Notes: generated by a model from the sequence alone, not told the origin. A DNA stretch of 64,000 bases from Piromyces finnis finn (GCA_002104945.1 MCFH01000002.1:1488001-1552000); one strand, 5' to 3'; shown: positions 14,437 to 32,130, counted from the stretch's first letter. Numbers and translations are program-made.

Positions 14437-14957
14437 TTTAAATTATCTCTTTAAATATATTGCTATTATTGAAATTTTGTATAATTAAATATAACTAATA
14501 ATTTAATGACATTTACTATAAAACAATTATTAAAATAATATTTTATTTTCATTTTTTATGTTATTTTTAAATAACAGAAATATTAATTATACTATATATA
14601 AGTATATATAAGTATTAATTAATAGAATTTCTTTAAGCGAAATTTATTTTATGTAGTTAATTTATCTATAACATTTATTATATATTATAATTATTTTTAA
14701 TGTATATATTTCCAAGTAGTTGAATAACTCTAATTTCTTTTTGAATAATAATTAAAATTTTCATTTAATCAAAAAATATAATAAAGTTATTAAAACAAAA
14801 CAACTCTAAATTATTTTATTGATTGTAAATAAATAATAAAACAAAATGAAGAAAAAAAAAATTTTTTTATCATATTTTTAATTAAAAATACTAAAAAAAG
14901 GTAATTTAAAACGAAGGGTAGTAGATAAAAAAAATATAATAAAAAGAATTTTTCGAT

Positions 14958-15660
14958 ATGGAATTAAAACTTTTTCTGTTGATCCAGACATTAGTGATTA
15001 CTTTTTTTATGGTATCATTATATGTGCTTGTATTAAGAATTGATTCAATTAATGAAAAAAAATTTTTAGATAATTTAGATAAAATTAGTAAAAATCATTT
15101 TGAAGATAATGAAGCTAAAACTGGAATTATTAGAAATCAATATATTGTTGTATTAAAAGACAATGCCACTTTCATTGATGGTATTTATATATTACTTTCC
15201 TTCATATATTGATAAAATGATGTATTAAATATTAAATAATTATAAATATATTTAACAGCGATTAAAAAAAATATAATTGACCATACTAACATACTAACAT
15301 TATTTATTGATGATTTTTATAACAAAAATAGAAATAACTAAAACTAATTGGATTAAAAGAGCCATTGATTATGATAGCGATAGTTATTCAGAGATAATCC
15401 ACTATTATTCTATGCCAAAATATATTGGATGGAGTTCCCCATCGGAAAGTATGAAATTGTTAAAAAAAAGTAATGACGAAAACATTGAAATATTTAAAGG
15501 TTTTTCTGCTAAACTCTCACCAGATATGTATGAATATTTTGTTCGTCATCCATCCGTTAAATTTGTTGAAAGCGATGAATATGTTCAACTTGATGACAGA
15601 TTTGAAAGCCAAGAAGAAGCACAAAAATTAGCGGAAGAAATATCAAGACCATTTGATGAA

Positions 15661-15695
<35 letters not shown>

Positions 15696-17061
15696 TAAAA
15701 ATGATGAAATTGATGCCTCAGCTATTGTATATAAAGTTAAAAGTGGTTTAAATCTAAGTAGACTTATTAATCATCAACCAATTGCTAATGTTAGTAATTC
15801 ATATTATAAGTTTGGATATGAATCAGCATACGATGTATATGTTTATGTTGTTGATACAGGTGTCAATGCTAATCATACTAGTTTTCTTGATAAACTTGGA
15901 TATGATTCCGTAAATAAGAATAGAGTTATTTTAGGAAAAAATTATTTAGAGAGTGAGGGAATAACTGATAAAAATGGTCATGGAACACATGTTGCTGGAA
16001 TTATTGGTTCAACAACATGGGGTGTTTCTAAAAGGGTTAATATTGTATCAGTTAAAGTTATGAATCAAAAAGGAAGTGGTAAATGGTCAGATATTCTTGC
16101 TGCAATTGAGTGGTAAATAGAAAAAAAAATAAACTGAGTATTTTTAATACAATATATATATTTAAAAATTGAATAAGTATTTAATTATATAATATATCTG
16201 TTATTTATAATATTAATATATAAATATAGGTGTCAAAATCATCTTATAACTAATACAACTTCAAAAAAAGGTGTTATAAAGTAAGTATAAATGATTAAAC
16301 ATATAAACCTAAATACTAGTACTATATGAAATAACGAAAATAAAATATTAATGTATTATATATTTAGTATTTCCTTATCAGGTTCAGTTAAAGAAGCTGC
16401 TAATGTTGCTATTAAAGCAGCAATTTCTCAAGGAATACATTTTTCAGTTGCTGCAGGTAATAATGGAAAAGATGCATGCCAATTTTCACCAGCCTCTGCA
16501 TCTAAATATGGAGCTGTTGTTGTAGGTTCAATTAATACAGATGATTCTTTGTCAAAATTTTCGAACTATGGAAAGTGCATTACAATCTATGCACCAGGTT
16601 ATAAAATTTTAAGTACTTCTAATCTTGACAATTCGTCATATAGAGAAATGAGTGGTACCAGTATGGCAGCACCACATGTTGCAGGAGTAAGAATTAAAAA
16701 AAAAGTATAATTTTTTATATGTATAATTAATATTAAGAAATATTATTATTATCATTTTATATTAAAGGTTATGGCTTTAATCCTTAGTTATAAAAACATG
16801 ACACCAAATGAATTGTATAATACTCTTTTAAATGAAGCAAGTACTGATTATATTAAAAATCTTGATAGTGAATCTCCAAATAAAATTGCATATATTCCAT
16901 CATATGCTATAGCATCAAGATGCAATCCATTAGATCAAGATGACTGCATTAAAACTTCAGCAAAAGATGAAACAGATATTAATAAAGATTCTTATTTTTG
17001 GAAAAATTTTAAATCACTAAATGATAATCTAAAAAATGATTATATTGTTTTGCAAAATTGA
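14958..17061 (+). CDS. Subtilisin-like serine protease (S8A), tandem paralog 2
   Basis: Motifs VVDTGV, NGHGTHVAG, VAAGN and MSGTSMAAPHVAG. Intron positions match paralog 1 (after FID, EW, II-, VAG). Confidence 0.93.
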
Positions 17062-18646
17062 ACTTTAATATAATTATATTTTATTCATTTTTTTTTTATT
17101 ATATTTTTATAATATATTTAAAAACATTTTTGAGTTTAACATTTTACAGTTATATTTGTATAGCAATAAAATAATTATATCATCTATGTAATAATACAAT
17201 TACTAAAATAAAAGTTACAATTTAATACTTAATACTATAAGAAAGATAAAAATGGTATTATATATTTTATTATAATGTCATAATAGCATAATTTTATTTA
17301 GTATAATTAATTTTATTTAAGACTTTAATTATGAATATATAATTCTTATTGAGTATATATATTATATATATAAATTACAAGGTTCATTAATGTTATGAAA
17401 GCTTTTTTTTTTTTTTTTGAATAATATCTTCATTTATGGTGTTAAAGTATTTTATTATATTATCAAATATTAAGTTAATATATTTTCATATAATTTACAT
17501 AATATTTAAAAAATTACAAAATCTAAAATAAATGAAGTATTTTCATAAGATATAATTTAAAATATTAAATATATTTATAACAAAAAATTTCTCATTTATA
17601 ATATTTATGTATTATAGTTTATTAGTATTTTTGTTAGAATTCAACTAAAAAATTATATTTACTTTTAATGATCTTTATTATTTTAATTATTTGTTATTTT
17701 ATGGACTATTAGACCTTATTTAAGTGAGCTGTTCTTCTACCTTTTCTACTATTTTAATATTACTATTTCTCCTATTATAATAGCATATGACTTTCCACTT
17801 TAAATATATAGAAATATGGGATTAATAAGAATTAATAAATTCCTATTTGTAATAAATGATATTAAGATACAAAATTCTATATGTACTATAATAAAGTATT
17901 ACTTTAATTATTAGCTATTTATAATGTTTTCTACATTTTCAATACATTAAATAAAATCCACTAAATTAAATATGAATTATTTGTTTAGATATTATGAACT
18001 ATTATTACATTCCTTATTTAATTCTTTTGATTTAATATTTTAACACTTAATTTATATTTTAAAATATTATTTCATAATAAATTTTTATTTCATAAATTCC
18101 TACTAATTAAAGTTTATAATTATTGATTTTATATATTAATTAAAATTAATTATAATGATTAAATTAACAAATTAAATATATTTTGTGTTACTTAAACTAA
18201 TATTTTTTCCTTTTTTAAAATGAGTATAAAACTTTAATTTTTAATTTTTTCATTTTAAATAATAATTAAAAAATTTTTTTCCTTAAATTAAACTATTGGT
18301 TTTATTAAAATTGTGTTACATTTTACATTTTATATATGATTGTTATAATAATTTAATAAATAAATAAACATATATTATTTTTTAAAAGACTATTTTATTT
18401 TATTTTATCTTTATTATTATTAAATAAGTATGAACAAAAAATATTATTTTCGAGAATCAATATTAAACATATACTAAATATATGATTGTAATAAAAATAT
18501 ATACAATGTAATTACTTTTGTATATATTATTAATATATAATAAATTTATGTATTTTTTATTCAAATATATTAAAGGAAGCATAGAATCAGCAAAAACTAT
18601 TTTACTTTATAATAATAAATAAAAAAATAAAGGATATAAATCAATA

Positions 18647-18780
<134 letters not shown>

Positions 18781-19067
18781 CGTAACAACTATAAAAGAAA
18801 AACAAAATAAAACAAAGGAATAACTAATTAAAATATAACTTAAAATATTTATTATTAAAATTATTGTGATAAAAATTATTATTATAATAAATGAGTATAA
18901 TAATTCATTAAAAAATGAATAAGGTTTAACATGAACATTTGTAAATTTTGTATCTGTACCAATATAATATTTATAATATAGAATATTTATTTATATAAAT
19001 ATATCAAATTTTATTTAGAAAGTTTTGATTACACATTACAATTTTAAATATTGCTAAATTAACAATA

Positions 19068-21801
<2,734 letters not shown>

Positions 21802-22296
21802 GAAATACAAATAAAAATAGAAAAAAAATAATATACCTTTTAATTTTTTAAATATTGTTGGTATATAAAATATAATATTAAAATATCAAAATAAAATATA
21901 TAACAACAATAATAAATAGTACGCTTATATTACTAATAATATATACTAAAATTTTAATTTTAAAATTATTAGAATTTTAGTTATATATGTTCTTTTTTAT
22001 TTTTATTTTTATTCATTAAGAATAAAAAAAATTATAAAGAATAACAAAACAAATTTAGAATAAAATAAAATATTTAATAAGCAAAAATATATGATAATTA
22101 ATTTAGTTTATTTATAAGAATTTTTATTTTAAGAATTTCTTAAAAATATTCAGAACAAATATTTATAAACATATTTTTATTTTGATTGTGAATTAAATAT
22201 TTAATTGCATTTTTTTTCTTTGAAGTGAGTAATAGATAATAAATTATATAATGAAAGGAAAATATAAATTTTAGTAATTTTGAAATGTTTTAATCT

Positions 22297-24657
22297 TTAC
22301 GTGCTATTTTCAGAAGATAACATATTGATTTTCTTTAATGCTATATCATGCTCTTTCTGTATTTTTTCAATCTTATAATAAAATATTGAATAATTAGTTA
22401 GATACTTTTGTATTTATGCATTTATAATTTTATTATTTAAAAACAAATTTTGTAATTACAGTTTTATCGAAATATTCCATTTCGTTATTTGTTATTGGTT
22501 TTAACAGAGATTCTTCATTATCATAAACAATTTTTTTATTTTTTTTTGAAGATAATATATTGTATTTATTTTCTTTATCAATGATGTATTTATTTTCTAT
22601 AAAATAAAAATTATTGTATTATTTATAATATATTTTTATTATTTTTATTATTAGGAAATTACTGGTAATATTAATTATTAAAATCATATAAAGTTTACCA
22701 TTATATTTTTTTTTCATTTTTTTAATAGCATTATATAAAACCTTATTGAATATGTATGGAAAATTATTTAAATAGTTATCCATACCTAATTCTCTTAAAC
22801 ACCTATAAGTATATAAATTAATAATTTCTTATCTTTATTATATAAATAATATAAATGAGAATAGTATTAAAATATAAAAATTTACCACTGATAATCGTCG
22901 ATAATATCTTTATATTTTGCAAAAGAGGACTTGAAAGAATTTAATTCATTATCTAATTCATATATTTTGTCTTTCAATTCTAATGTAGCTTTACTGCTTT
23001 CCTCTAATTGTTCGTTTAATTTCTGATTTGAAGATTTTAGTGAAGTATTTTCATTTGTTTTTCTTCCAATTTCCTCTTCTAAATTTAAATTTTCTTCCAT
23101 TAATTCATTAATTTTTTTCTCTTGATTAATTATTTGAGCATGAAAGGCTTTTACTTGGTTTTGGATTATTATTGTATTATTTTGAGATACACATGCTATA
23201 TATTATGTATTTATATTTTATGTATTTTATATATAAATACTTTTTCATACTATACTATAAAATTTAATATAATGATTACCTTTTTTATATGAACTTGATA
23301 AATTATTATAATTATTAAGGAGTATCTCATTGTCTTCAGTTAGCTTATTAATTCGATTTTGTAATATTTTTATACTTTATAAAAGTTTTTTTAGAAGAAA
23401 TATTTTATTTTTTCTTTTTTTAATATAAATATTTATTTTTTATATCATACATATCATCCTTTCCGTTCGAAATCGTTTTTAATTCATTTTCCTTTGCTTC
23501 TATTTTCTTTTTTAAATCATTATTCTCTGTGTCAAGATCCGTGTTTTCATTAATTATAATTTTTGATTTTTCACCTAATTCTAATAATTTATTCTATTAA
23601 AAAATAGAAGTAATATATTAATAATTATAATAAATATATAATTAGTTAATTTATTAAAATATTATTTACTTCATATTCAATTATGGTATCGTTGCTTCTC
23701 TCAAGTTCTCTCTAATATTTTGATATTATATATAAATATAAAAATTTTTATTATTGATTTAGTATGTTATTTTTCATTCAAAAGAAAAAAAAAATATAAG
23801 TTATTACTTTTAATGTGTCAATAATATTTTTGGCTTCATTATATTGAATCTATTAGTTTATTAAAAATTAAATGTTATTAATAACAAAAAATTTATAAAA
23901 TAAAATGTTCTGATTATTTCTTATAAAAAACAGTCTACCTCAACAATACTATTCTTATTTTCTAATTCAAAACTTTTTGAAGTTAAAGATTTCATTTCAT
24001 TCCCTAATTCGTTATATTTATTAATAATATTTTTAAGTTCTTTTTTCTTTTCCATATTATCATGATAAAGTTTGTTAGAATTTTGTTCCATATTTTTTAA
24101 TTCCTCATTAAGTTTTTTTATATGCTCTTGGGATTGATTGATTTTATCTTCATATATTTTGAAAAGAGGTGTTGAAATATTTAAAAAATCCTCAGATAAA
24201 GAGTATGTATTAGTAAATGAATCCTTTTATTTTTTTTATATAAAAAAATTATGAGATTAATTGCTTTGTTTCTTAATAAATTATAGTTAAATATATATTC
24301 TAAATAATAGTAATGAGTAGTATTTTATACCTTTTTACTATCATCATGTTTTAAATTTGAATATGGATTACATGGATCTGTTGGATATTTTTTTTGATAA
24401 TAGTCAATCATCGATCCTAATTTTTTAGCTAACAAATATTTATTATGATATATTTTTATATATTTATATTTAATTATATTGATAATCAATAAATATTAAT
24501 TAATATTTGATAGCTTATAATTAATATTAGAAATAGAAATAGAATATCGAAGTTGTAATATTTAGAAGTATTATATATATATATATATATTTTTTTTTTT
24601 GTTTTTTGAAATAATATATTAACCTAGATCAGCTATATGTGTAGTTGTAGATTCCAT
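22297..24657 (-). CDS. Uncharacterised coiled-coil protein, many short exons
   Basis: K/E/L/N-rich heptad exons (e.g. 22882-23100) with GT..AG junctions. Putative start MESTTTHIADL at 24657; last exon IEKIQKEHDIALKKINMLSSENST* ends at 22297. Confidence 0.6.
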
Positions 24658-25479
24658 GTACTATAAAATAATATTTAATATTTTTATTTTGATATTATAA
24701 TTATAGTTATATTTTTAGAATGAATTAAAAAAAATATTATGTATATTACTTTCTTAATAGAAGTATGAATATAATTAAAAACAAGATAATGAAATTAAAA
24801 CAAAAAATAAAAAATTACTTTTTTTTGAAAAAAAAATATATAATCAAAAAAAAAAAAATATTTACAAAACTTTATTTATTATCCAATTTTATTAAATATA
24901 ATCAGATTTTATATTTTATAATGTAGAAATTTAAATTCATAATAAATCTTGAATGAAATTTTTTTAAAAACTCTATAAAGTTAATTTAATAATGCCTCTT
25001 ATAATTTTATTTTATTAAAATTAATATGATTTAAAAGATATTAAACAGGAATAAGTTTGTATGGATTTAAATTTAAAATAAAATCTTATTTTTTTTTATA
25101 TAATATAACAAAGTAAAATAAGAGTAAAAGATTAAAATAATTTTATTATATTATAACACTCTTCTTCCATATTTAAATTTTAAAATATGTATTATTAAAT
25201 AAATATTTTTATATCTTTCTATTTTAAAACCAAATTTTTTTTTAATCATATATAATAGTTTAAACAACCTAAAATTGTGCTCTTTCTCTCTTTTTCTTTT
25301 TAATATTTATTTTTATGTTACATTTATAAGCTATAAGAAATTATTATTTTTTTTTATTTTTCTTTAATTTTATATATAAATTAATTCTTTATTATTATTA
25401 TTAATTATTATTTTTATAATATAATATTATGTTGTATAATTGCTTTAATAAAAAAATTTCATTTTTAATTATTATTTTT

Positions 25480-25523
<44 letters not shown>

Positions 25524-25555
25524 TTTTTAATTTTATCTTTATATTAATCTATATA

Positions 25556-28252
25556 TTAATCATCTATCTTTTGTTGTTTATATTTTCTTGATTTTCTATT
25601 TCTTTTTCTTCTACGTCCTGAATTGAATACAGCGGCAGATTGTAACGATCTACCAATATTATCTGGTTTTTTTATTTTATAAATACGGACTAAAAGGTTT
25701 TCAGAACTGTAAACTTCGTCCATAATTGTTAATTGAATTGGTTTTGAATATACTGTTGTTCCACGAACACGATCAAATGCTTGGTTATTTGGATATAAGT
25801 CTTTAAAACGGTAGAATGACATCTTGAACATAATACTATCTCTTAAAGTTGGACTAACGGAATCATCGACACGATATTCACCACGGCTATTGTAGAAATT
25901 TTCTTCTTTAACTTGTTCAGGATAAACATTTTCAGAAATACGAATCATCCATAAGAACTTATTAATATCATCTCCACTGTAACCAATTGCTCCACCAAAC
26001 ATTACAAGAGCATAATCAACATCATGCTTTCTTAATAATTCATAAGCATTCTTTTTAAAAATATAATATTTATGACAATAAAAATAAAAAAAAAAATTTT
26101 TTTTTAGCCAACTTATATAAAATATATATTTAATTTTGAACTTAAGAAAAAAAATACCTCTTCATTAGAAGCGAGCATTCTACCAACAGTAGCAATATGG
26201 GTATTATTCCAGGTATTATTATCAACTAAGGTGGTACGATTAGTCATACCAGCTAATTGATAACCATAATCCCACCATGACATAATCTTAGCATCTTCAG
26301 CTGAATTTTGTCTTAACCAATAGTAAGCTTCTCTGAAATCATCAATAATATGTTGGGAGCCATCTCTATTTCTACTAGCTAAAACAATAGAAGGTGAAGA
26401 GTATGCATTACTTGTTACCCAAGTACAGTGCCAAACATACATACAAAAGACTAATAAAAGGGATAATGTTACAATTAATTTGATTTCAAAAGTAATAGAA
26501 GGTGATTCTGAATTATCTTGTTTTTGTGAATTGTGTTCTGATTTCTTTAATTTATTATGAATTTTTGGAGAGTTAGTCATTTTTGGAGAATTAATTTTTG
26601 GAGAATTAATTTTTGGAGATACCGGTGATTCTGGAGTACTTTCATTTCCACTTAATACTTCTTCAGTTTCTTCTACCTTAACTACTGTTGCTTTAGATTT
26701 CTTATATCCAAGGAAATTATCAAATAAATACGACATACATATACCAGCAGTTACACATACAATTGGTGTTAATGTTAACATTAAACGAACCATAACACCT
26801 GCAAAGTAAGCTGCTGTGAAAGAATATAAAATAATGAATACATTTTCATCAGTTAACTTTTTAAAAGCAAAATAAACACCAACTGGGAACATTGGAACTA
26901 ATATATGTAAATCAAAGAAAAATGATGGCCAGGCAGTTGGCTGATGTTCTGAAACAGATGCAATAATTGGAATGTGTTTTTTGGCATATCCAGTATCAAA
27001 TAAGGAGTATAAACGACCAGTCCATGGATCAATGATATGTAATCTTTGTAAAACAATAAATCCAGTAATACCAATTATGAAGATAACAATTAAAGCTCTC
27101 TTTAATAAAGTTTTGAAAGATTCAGATGGTAATTGATCTCTACAGAAAGAAGCAAAAGCAACAATTTGCAATAAACCGAAAGTACCTAAGGCTGCCATGT
27201 GTTCAGCAGTGGTAGCTGGTTGGAAACCAACAAATGGAATTTGCATAGATCCAATTGTACCCAAAACATAGAATGTTGAATATGCTACATATAGTCTTTT
27301 AGAATATCTACCCATGAGAAGTAAAACAAATACATGAAGTGGAATTAAATTGATAATGAAAATATAACCACCCCAGGCTGATACCATATAGAAGTAGAAT
27401 AATGCTGTACAAGCTGCTAAAAATGAAGAACCAGTTTTAACAGACTTAACCCAGAAGTAGAAAGTAATCATAAGTAAGAAAATAGAAATAGCTTCATTAT
27501 CATAGGAACCAGCAACAGATCTTGAAATATAACCTGGAGCAATTGCAACAAATGCAGCAGCAAATAAACCAGCTGATTTAGTACAAACTTCAGATGTTAA
27601 TAGATATGTAGCAATAGAAGTCAAACCAGCAAAAACAGGTCCAAGAAAGACACAAATATGTCTAATGTCGATGTTAAAATTGAAGAAATGTAGAACCTTG
27701 TAAATAATACCTGAAGTTATCATAATACCTGGATAAAGTGTACCACCTACTACACGTCCTAATGGATACCTATTAATATAAATTCAAAATATTGATTCAT
27801 CGTAAATAATATTTAAAAATAATTTTTAAAAAGCATAATGTAATGTATTTATTATATATATATGTATGCCTTTAATAGTACTAACCATGATACTTGATCA
27901 AACCAAGTTAAAAATTTGTAAAAACCTTCGAATAATTAGAGTTTATATAAAAATATAAATATTGTCAAATACAATTTATTCATTAGTATACAAAGTCTGA
28001 ATATACAAATTTACTTATAAAATAAATGATTGATATGCTTAATTGTTCTTTGAAATTCATACCTTCATTTACTAAATATTGTGTAGCTCTATAATTAAAC
28101 CATGGATCAAATTCATGAATAACACTTTCAAATCTAACAACTGATAATAAACGTGAAATAAAAGCTAATATAGCAATTAATGCAAGAATCACAATACAAA
28201 GTAAATCCTTTGATTTTTTAAGACTTTGTAAATTTACAGCAGAAACTGCCAT
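25556..28252 (-). CDS. STT3: Oligosaccharyltransferase catalytic subunit STT3
   Basis: Motifs IHEFDPWFNYRAT, SRSVAGSYDNE, SVSEHQPT, WWDYG, TLVDNNTWNNTHI and the DK motif DDINKFLWMIRI. Confidence 0.98.
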
Positions 28253-28336
28253 TTTCTATAAACAAACAAATAAAAATAATATAATTTAAAGAATTATACG
28301 ATTAATAGATGTGCTTTTTTTTATTCTTTCTTTCTT

Positions 28337-28367
<31 letters not shown>

Positions 28368-28696
28368 TTAAATATTTGTAAACGATATTTATCTTTTTAT
28401 ATCTAACAAATAGTAAATTAACATTCATTTTTTAAAATGTTAAAAATTAATTATAAAAACGATAATAATAAATAAATTCTAAACATTATGAAAAAGATTT
28501 AAAACATAATGTAAATTTACCTTTATATTTAAGTATATTTGAATTTATTTTCTTTTATTTTCTAATATTAAAATAATTATATGAAATAGTATATACGAAA
28601 TTATATTAGTCTTTAATAAGTGATGGATAAACAATTACTATACTTCTAATCTTTTTTTTTTTTTTAAATAACAACTTTATTTACTTCTTCTTTCTG

Positions 28697-28730
<34 letters not shown>

Positions 28731-29327
28731 TTTTTCTTATTTATTAATTTATATTATTAATTTTATTATATTTGTTATATATTATTATTATTCTTTTATT
28801 TTTATTTTTTTTTTCTTAATTATCTTTATTGCTTTATTTTATTCTTAAAAAAAGTAATTTATTAAGAACAAAAAAAAAGTATTTTTATTTAAATCTTTTC
28901 TATTTTCAAGTGAGTAAAATTAATATAAAATTTTATTGATTAAATTAATATGTATTAAATTTTTAAATTAAATTAAATTAAATCCATAAATAATATATTT
29001 TTTTTTATTATATATATTTATCATATTTATTACATAATACTTCTCATTTCCATATTAATTTTGATAATATTCAATAAAACATGCCTATTTTTTTTTATAA
29101 CGGAAGTAAATATTTTAAAACTATATTTAACTTATATAAGAACTTATTATTATTATTTTTTTTTAGACTAGGAAGAGAATATCTTTCTTGTATTTATTTA
29201 TTTAAATTTGTGAAATTACATATTGATATATAATAAATAATAAATAAAAATAATAAATATATATATATATATTTATATAAATATTAAATAAAATAAAATA
29301 ATTATTAAAGTTGAATAAAAGTTTAAT

Positions 29328-29488
29328 GAACTCTGCAATTCGTACTATGTGGGATTGGACCCTACCTAATAAATTAATGAAATAAAAGAAGTAACATCGT
29401 GTATAATAGTGTGGTGTCCACTAAACTCTCCAATGCGCCCATAATGTTTTATTCTAAGAAATACTAACATTGAACCTTGTGTACAGAA
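29328..29488 (+). ncRNA. Candidate box H/ACA snoRNA; 5' pocket fits the 18S rRNA site equivalent to yeast Psi120 (snR49-like)
   Basis: GC-richer island with no convincing ORF. Upper stem GTGGG/CCTAC. Pocket arms GTACTAT (29342-48) and AATAAATT (29368-75) are complementary to the recalled conserved 18S context AGUUUAUU-U-G-AUAGUAC. H box ATAAAA at 29382, 14 nt from the pocket; ACA at 29483-85. Confidence 0.75.
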
Positions 29489-30213
29489 TATAAAAATTTA
29501 TTCCTTAATTCTTTTACACGTTTTTTTATTTAATACACATAAAACAAATATATATTTATTTTTAACAATATTATGTTATACTATTTATTTTATAATTTTG
29601 GTTTGATTTAATTCTAGAACTTGCTACTCTATTTATTTTTTTATTTCATTTTATCTTTATTATTATTATTGTTAATGCTTTTGTTTTTTATACATTATTT
29701 TTATCTTAATTATCCATTTAAATATTATTTAATTTTTGAACTATGGATTTTAATTGCATTCTCTATCTTATTTTTCAATTTAATTTTTAGTTTAATTTTG
29801 ATTTTAAAATTTTCAAAAGATTTAGTAAAAAAAAAAAAAAAATAAATAAATAAATAAAATATTAAATAAGCATAAATTTCATATTTAATATTCTTTGAAA
29901 ATGGTAGATAAATTAATAACCTGTTCTTGTTTTTGTTTATAAATAATACTAACAATTTTCTATATAAAGTGGTTTTGTAAAAAAAATTCAATTATTGATT
30001 ATTTTTATAATGTCTTATATAATTTTAAAATTTATGTTTTAAATTTTGTGTCTTTTTTTTTTTTCATTTTTAAACTTTTATAATTTTTTGCAATTAATTA
30101 TTTAATGCATTGCTAATTTCAAAAGTTTTAATATTATTAAATTATACTTTAAAGAAAAAAACACAATATAAATAATTTATTTTGAATAGTATAATATCCT
30201 TGTTTAATATTTC

Positions 30214-31658
30214 TTAAATAGCATTATCAAAAAGATAAGAAATAGATTCTCCGTTGTGAGTTCTACGAATAGCTTCAACTAAAACACCACTGATATCAAT
30301 GATTTCAAGTTTAGTAGACTTATCCTTCTTTTCTTGAGTGATTGGGTAGGTGTTTGTAACAATAATCTTGTGAACAGCAGATGATTGTTCAATAATGTCT
30401 AAAGAATCATTTGAAAGAATACCGTGAGTAGCAATAATGTAAATACGCTTAGCTTCATGTTCAGCTAATACATCAGCAGCCTTTAAGAAAGAACCTGGAC
30501 CATCGATAAGATCATCCTTTTAAAATAAATTTAAGATTAATAATAATACATATTATATATAATAATTTTGAATTTTGAATAATAATTATACTTACAACAA
30601 TAAAACAAACTTTTCCCTTAACATCACCAACTACAGTACTCTTTTCAGAAGATTCATCAGCATTAATTTGGTGTTCCTTTTGAATCATAGCAAAACCAAT
30701 CTTTAAACGATCAGCTAAGGAAGTAACACGCTTTGCACCACCAGCATTCTTTGCAACTATGACACCGTCAGTGTAATCTGGAATGTGTTCTTTAATATAC
30801 TTAGCAATTGAAGGTTCAGCAAGTAAATTATCAACAGGTCTATCAAAGAAACCTTGAATAACTGAGGAATGAAGATCCATAGTAATAATATGGTCAACTC
30901 CGGCAGTGGCTAACATATTAGCAATTACTATATATAAAAATTTTATTTTCAAATTGTTTTATTTATTAGATTTAAGCTTTATTACAAGAAAAAGGAAACA
31001 ATAAAATAATCATAAATTTATACTCTACTATTATTATAATATATAAAGTTTTGATTTTCTCAGAAATAATACTTACACTTAGCAGTAATTGCACCTCTGG
31101 TCTTCTTTTGCTTTGATTGCTTACCATATGGGAAATATGGGATACTATATATATTTTACATTTAATTAATACCCTTAAAAATAATAAAATTATTATAATT
31201 TTAGTATTTATACTTGAACTTACACAGCAGTAACTCTAGAGGCAGATGAAGTCTTACAGGCATTAATCATTATCATTAATTCCATAATATGATCGTTAAT
31301 TGTAGAAGAACCGGATTGAATAATGAAAACATCTTGATCACGAACAGAAGTACCAATTTCAATAGAAGTTTCTCTGTTGGCAAATCTCTTAACAGTAGCT
31401 GAAGAAGCACCAACACCAAGTTTATCAATAATTAACTGTAATTTGAATAAAAATGTATCAAAAAAAAATTAAAAGAAATATTAAAAATAAATAAAAAAAC
31501 AAATAAGATTATTAGAAATTTCTTAACTTATTATATTTCGAATTTCATTTTTAATAAATAATAAGTAAATAATTAAATATTTAATAAAATTAATAAAAGA
31601 AACATACAGAAGCTAATTCTGGGTGAGATGAACCACTAAAAACCTTAGTCTTTCTCAT
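30214..31658 (-). CDS. PRS1: Ribose-phosphate pyrophosphokinase, Prs1-type, multi-exon
   Basis: MRKTKVFSGSSHPEL, RGAITAKL, MDLH, VAKNAGGAKR, DDLIDGPGSF, IATHGILS and EAIRRTHNGESISYLF. KNAGG and D.PGSF are Prs1-like rather than Prs2/3-like. Confidence 0.9.
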
Positions 31659-32098
31659 TTTGCTAAAATAATAAATATAAATAATATTTAACATTAGATA
31701 ACATTATATATATTGTTTTTAATATTTATTCTTAATATTAATTGCCTATATAAAACCATTAATATTTATATTATACCACAATATTGTGATTGATACTTTT
31801 CCCGCCTTTTTATTTTATTTTATTTTATTTTTTTATCGTCTTTTCCCTTTTATTAAATAACATTATTTTTATACTTTTTTTTTTCTTTTTTTTTTTTAAA
31901 AAGGGAATTGCTTTAAAATTTTTTCATTCTCTAAATATACTATTATTATCTATTTTTTTTTTTTTTTTTTTTTTAATTTCATTATTATATTATTTATTAA
32001 TTTTAAAAACATTACTACTTATTTAATTTTATATTTATTTTAACAATATTATTTTTATTATTAAATAATACATTATTATTATAAATATTATTAATTAT

Positions 32099-32130
<32 letters not shown>

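Noticed and set aside
29340-29450. tRNA-like look on the minus strand (agtttagtgg; gtagggtccaatcccac)
   Set aside because: There is no acceptor stem, U8 or D-stem pairing; the + strand H/ACA model explains the sequence better.
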